Shown here one piece after another: positions 63,292 through 64,000 of a stretch of 64,000 nucleotides of DNA. The notes under the pieces were generated by a model. That model was not told the origin of the DNA, did not search any database, and saw only the letters and a program-made list of their open reading frames with translations. The DNA lies in NCBI GenBank assembly GCA_018819225.1, contig JAHJQN010000007.1:32001-96000 (forward strand). Direction: 5' to 3'. Both the position numbers and the translations under genes were made by a program. Position 1 is the first letter of the stretch. The number at the start of each line of letters is the position of its first letter. The DNA comes from Candidatus Micrarchaeota archaeon. GTDB taxonomy: Archaea > Micrarchaeota > Micrarchaeia > Norongarragalinales > SBBD01.

Positions 63292-64000
63292 ATGCCTGAC
63301 TCCATCGACTTCAAGTCCATTGAGCGGAAGTGGCAGGAGAAGTGGAGCGAAGCCCGGTGCTTCCAATCCAATATTCAAAAAGGGAAACAAAAGTTCTTCA
63401 TCACGTTTCCCTATCCTTATGTAAACGGCGCGCCGCACGTTGGTCATAGTTACTCGTGTTTTCGCGCAGACGTGTACGCGCGCTTCAAGCGCATGCAAGG
63501 CTTCAACGTATTATTTCCTCAAGGCTTTCACGCCACCGGAGAACCCATTCTCGGTGCAGTGGAACGATTGCGCAAAGGCGACGAAAAACAAATCAAGAGC
63601 TTCAAGGATTATGGAGTTACGGATGCTCAGCTTGAAGAATTCAAGAAAGGACCGGAACAAGTCGCGCGTTATTGGATGCAGCGCTGGCGCGATGATTTAA
63701 CTCTATCGGGCATTTCCATCGACTGGCGCCGCTCGTTCATCACTACCGACTTAACGCCCACGTACTCTCGCTTCATTGCGTGGCAATACCGTTCGTTAAA
63801 GAAAAAAGGTTACATCGTTCAAGGCACGCATCCCGTGGTTTATTGCCCTCACGACGATTCGCCTACTGGCGATCACGATCGCTTGGTGGGTGAAGGCGAA
63901 AGCCCCATCGAGTATACGATCCTCAAGTTTTCGATGCCGTTTGAAAACGAGTCCCTGATTCTTCCCGCGGCTACGTTACGTCCCGAAACCATTTACGGTG
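63292..64000 (+). CDS. leuS: Leucyl-tRNA synthetase (archaeal type), 5' part
   Basis: MPDSIDFKSIERKWQ, KFFITFPYPYVNGAPHVGH, FHATGEPI, SIDWRRSF, GDHDR, AATLRPETI; runs off the window. Confidence 0.96.
   Translation, partial: MPDSIDFKSIERKWQEKWSEARCFQSNIQKGKQKFFITFPYPYVNGAPHVGHSYSCFRADVYARFKRMQGFNVLFPQGFHATGEPILGAVERLRKGDEKQIKSFKDYGVTDAQLEEFKKGPEQVARYWMQRWRDDLTLSGISIDWRRSFITTDLTPTYSRFIAWQYRSLKKKGYIVQGTHPVVYCPHDDSPTGDHDRLVGEGESPIEYTILKFSMPFENESLILPAATLRPETIYG

Overview
Archaeal chromosomal DNA, most consistent with a DPANN lineage such as Micrarchaeota (inferred from gene content and tRNA intron style, not from a database match). Housekeeping genes include pyrG, mcm, gatDE, pgk, ksgA, a Hef helicase and an ERCC4 nuclease encoded as separate genes, a histone, MinD, SSB, ABCE1, the psmA-SBDS-rrp4-rrp41-rrp42-rpl37ae cluster, srp54 and the 5' part of leuS. 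There are four tRNAs (Glu, Ala, Val, Pro), three with BHB introns, one of them in the T-loop. The window also has many surface and pilin-like proteins. Three things stand out. (1) An AT-rich ~750-bp intergenic region (37655-38403) holds about nine copies of a 16-bp palindrome, several helically phased, whose symmetric consensus (TGCTTCACGTGAAGCA) differs from bacterial parS (TGTTTCACGTGAAACA) at one symmetric position. It lies where the + strand appears to switch from G>C to C>G, and a histone, a MinD/ParA ATPase and a very basic small protein are 2-3 kb away, so it is a candidate origin or centromere-like locus. (2) An integrase-free island downstream of tRNA-Glu is divided into gene cassettes by serial, decaying copies of the tRNA 3' end. 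(3) An unassigned ~236-nt structured RNA and two small hydrophobic ORFs sit divergent from a PhoU/AbrB regulator, flanked by phased CTATATATA boxes. All calls come from reading the sequence by eye; no searches were run.
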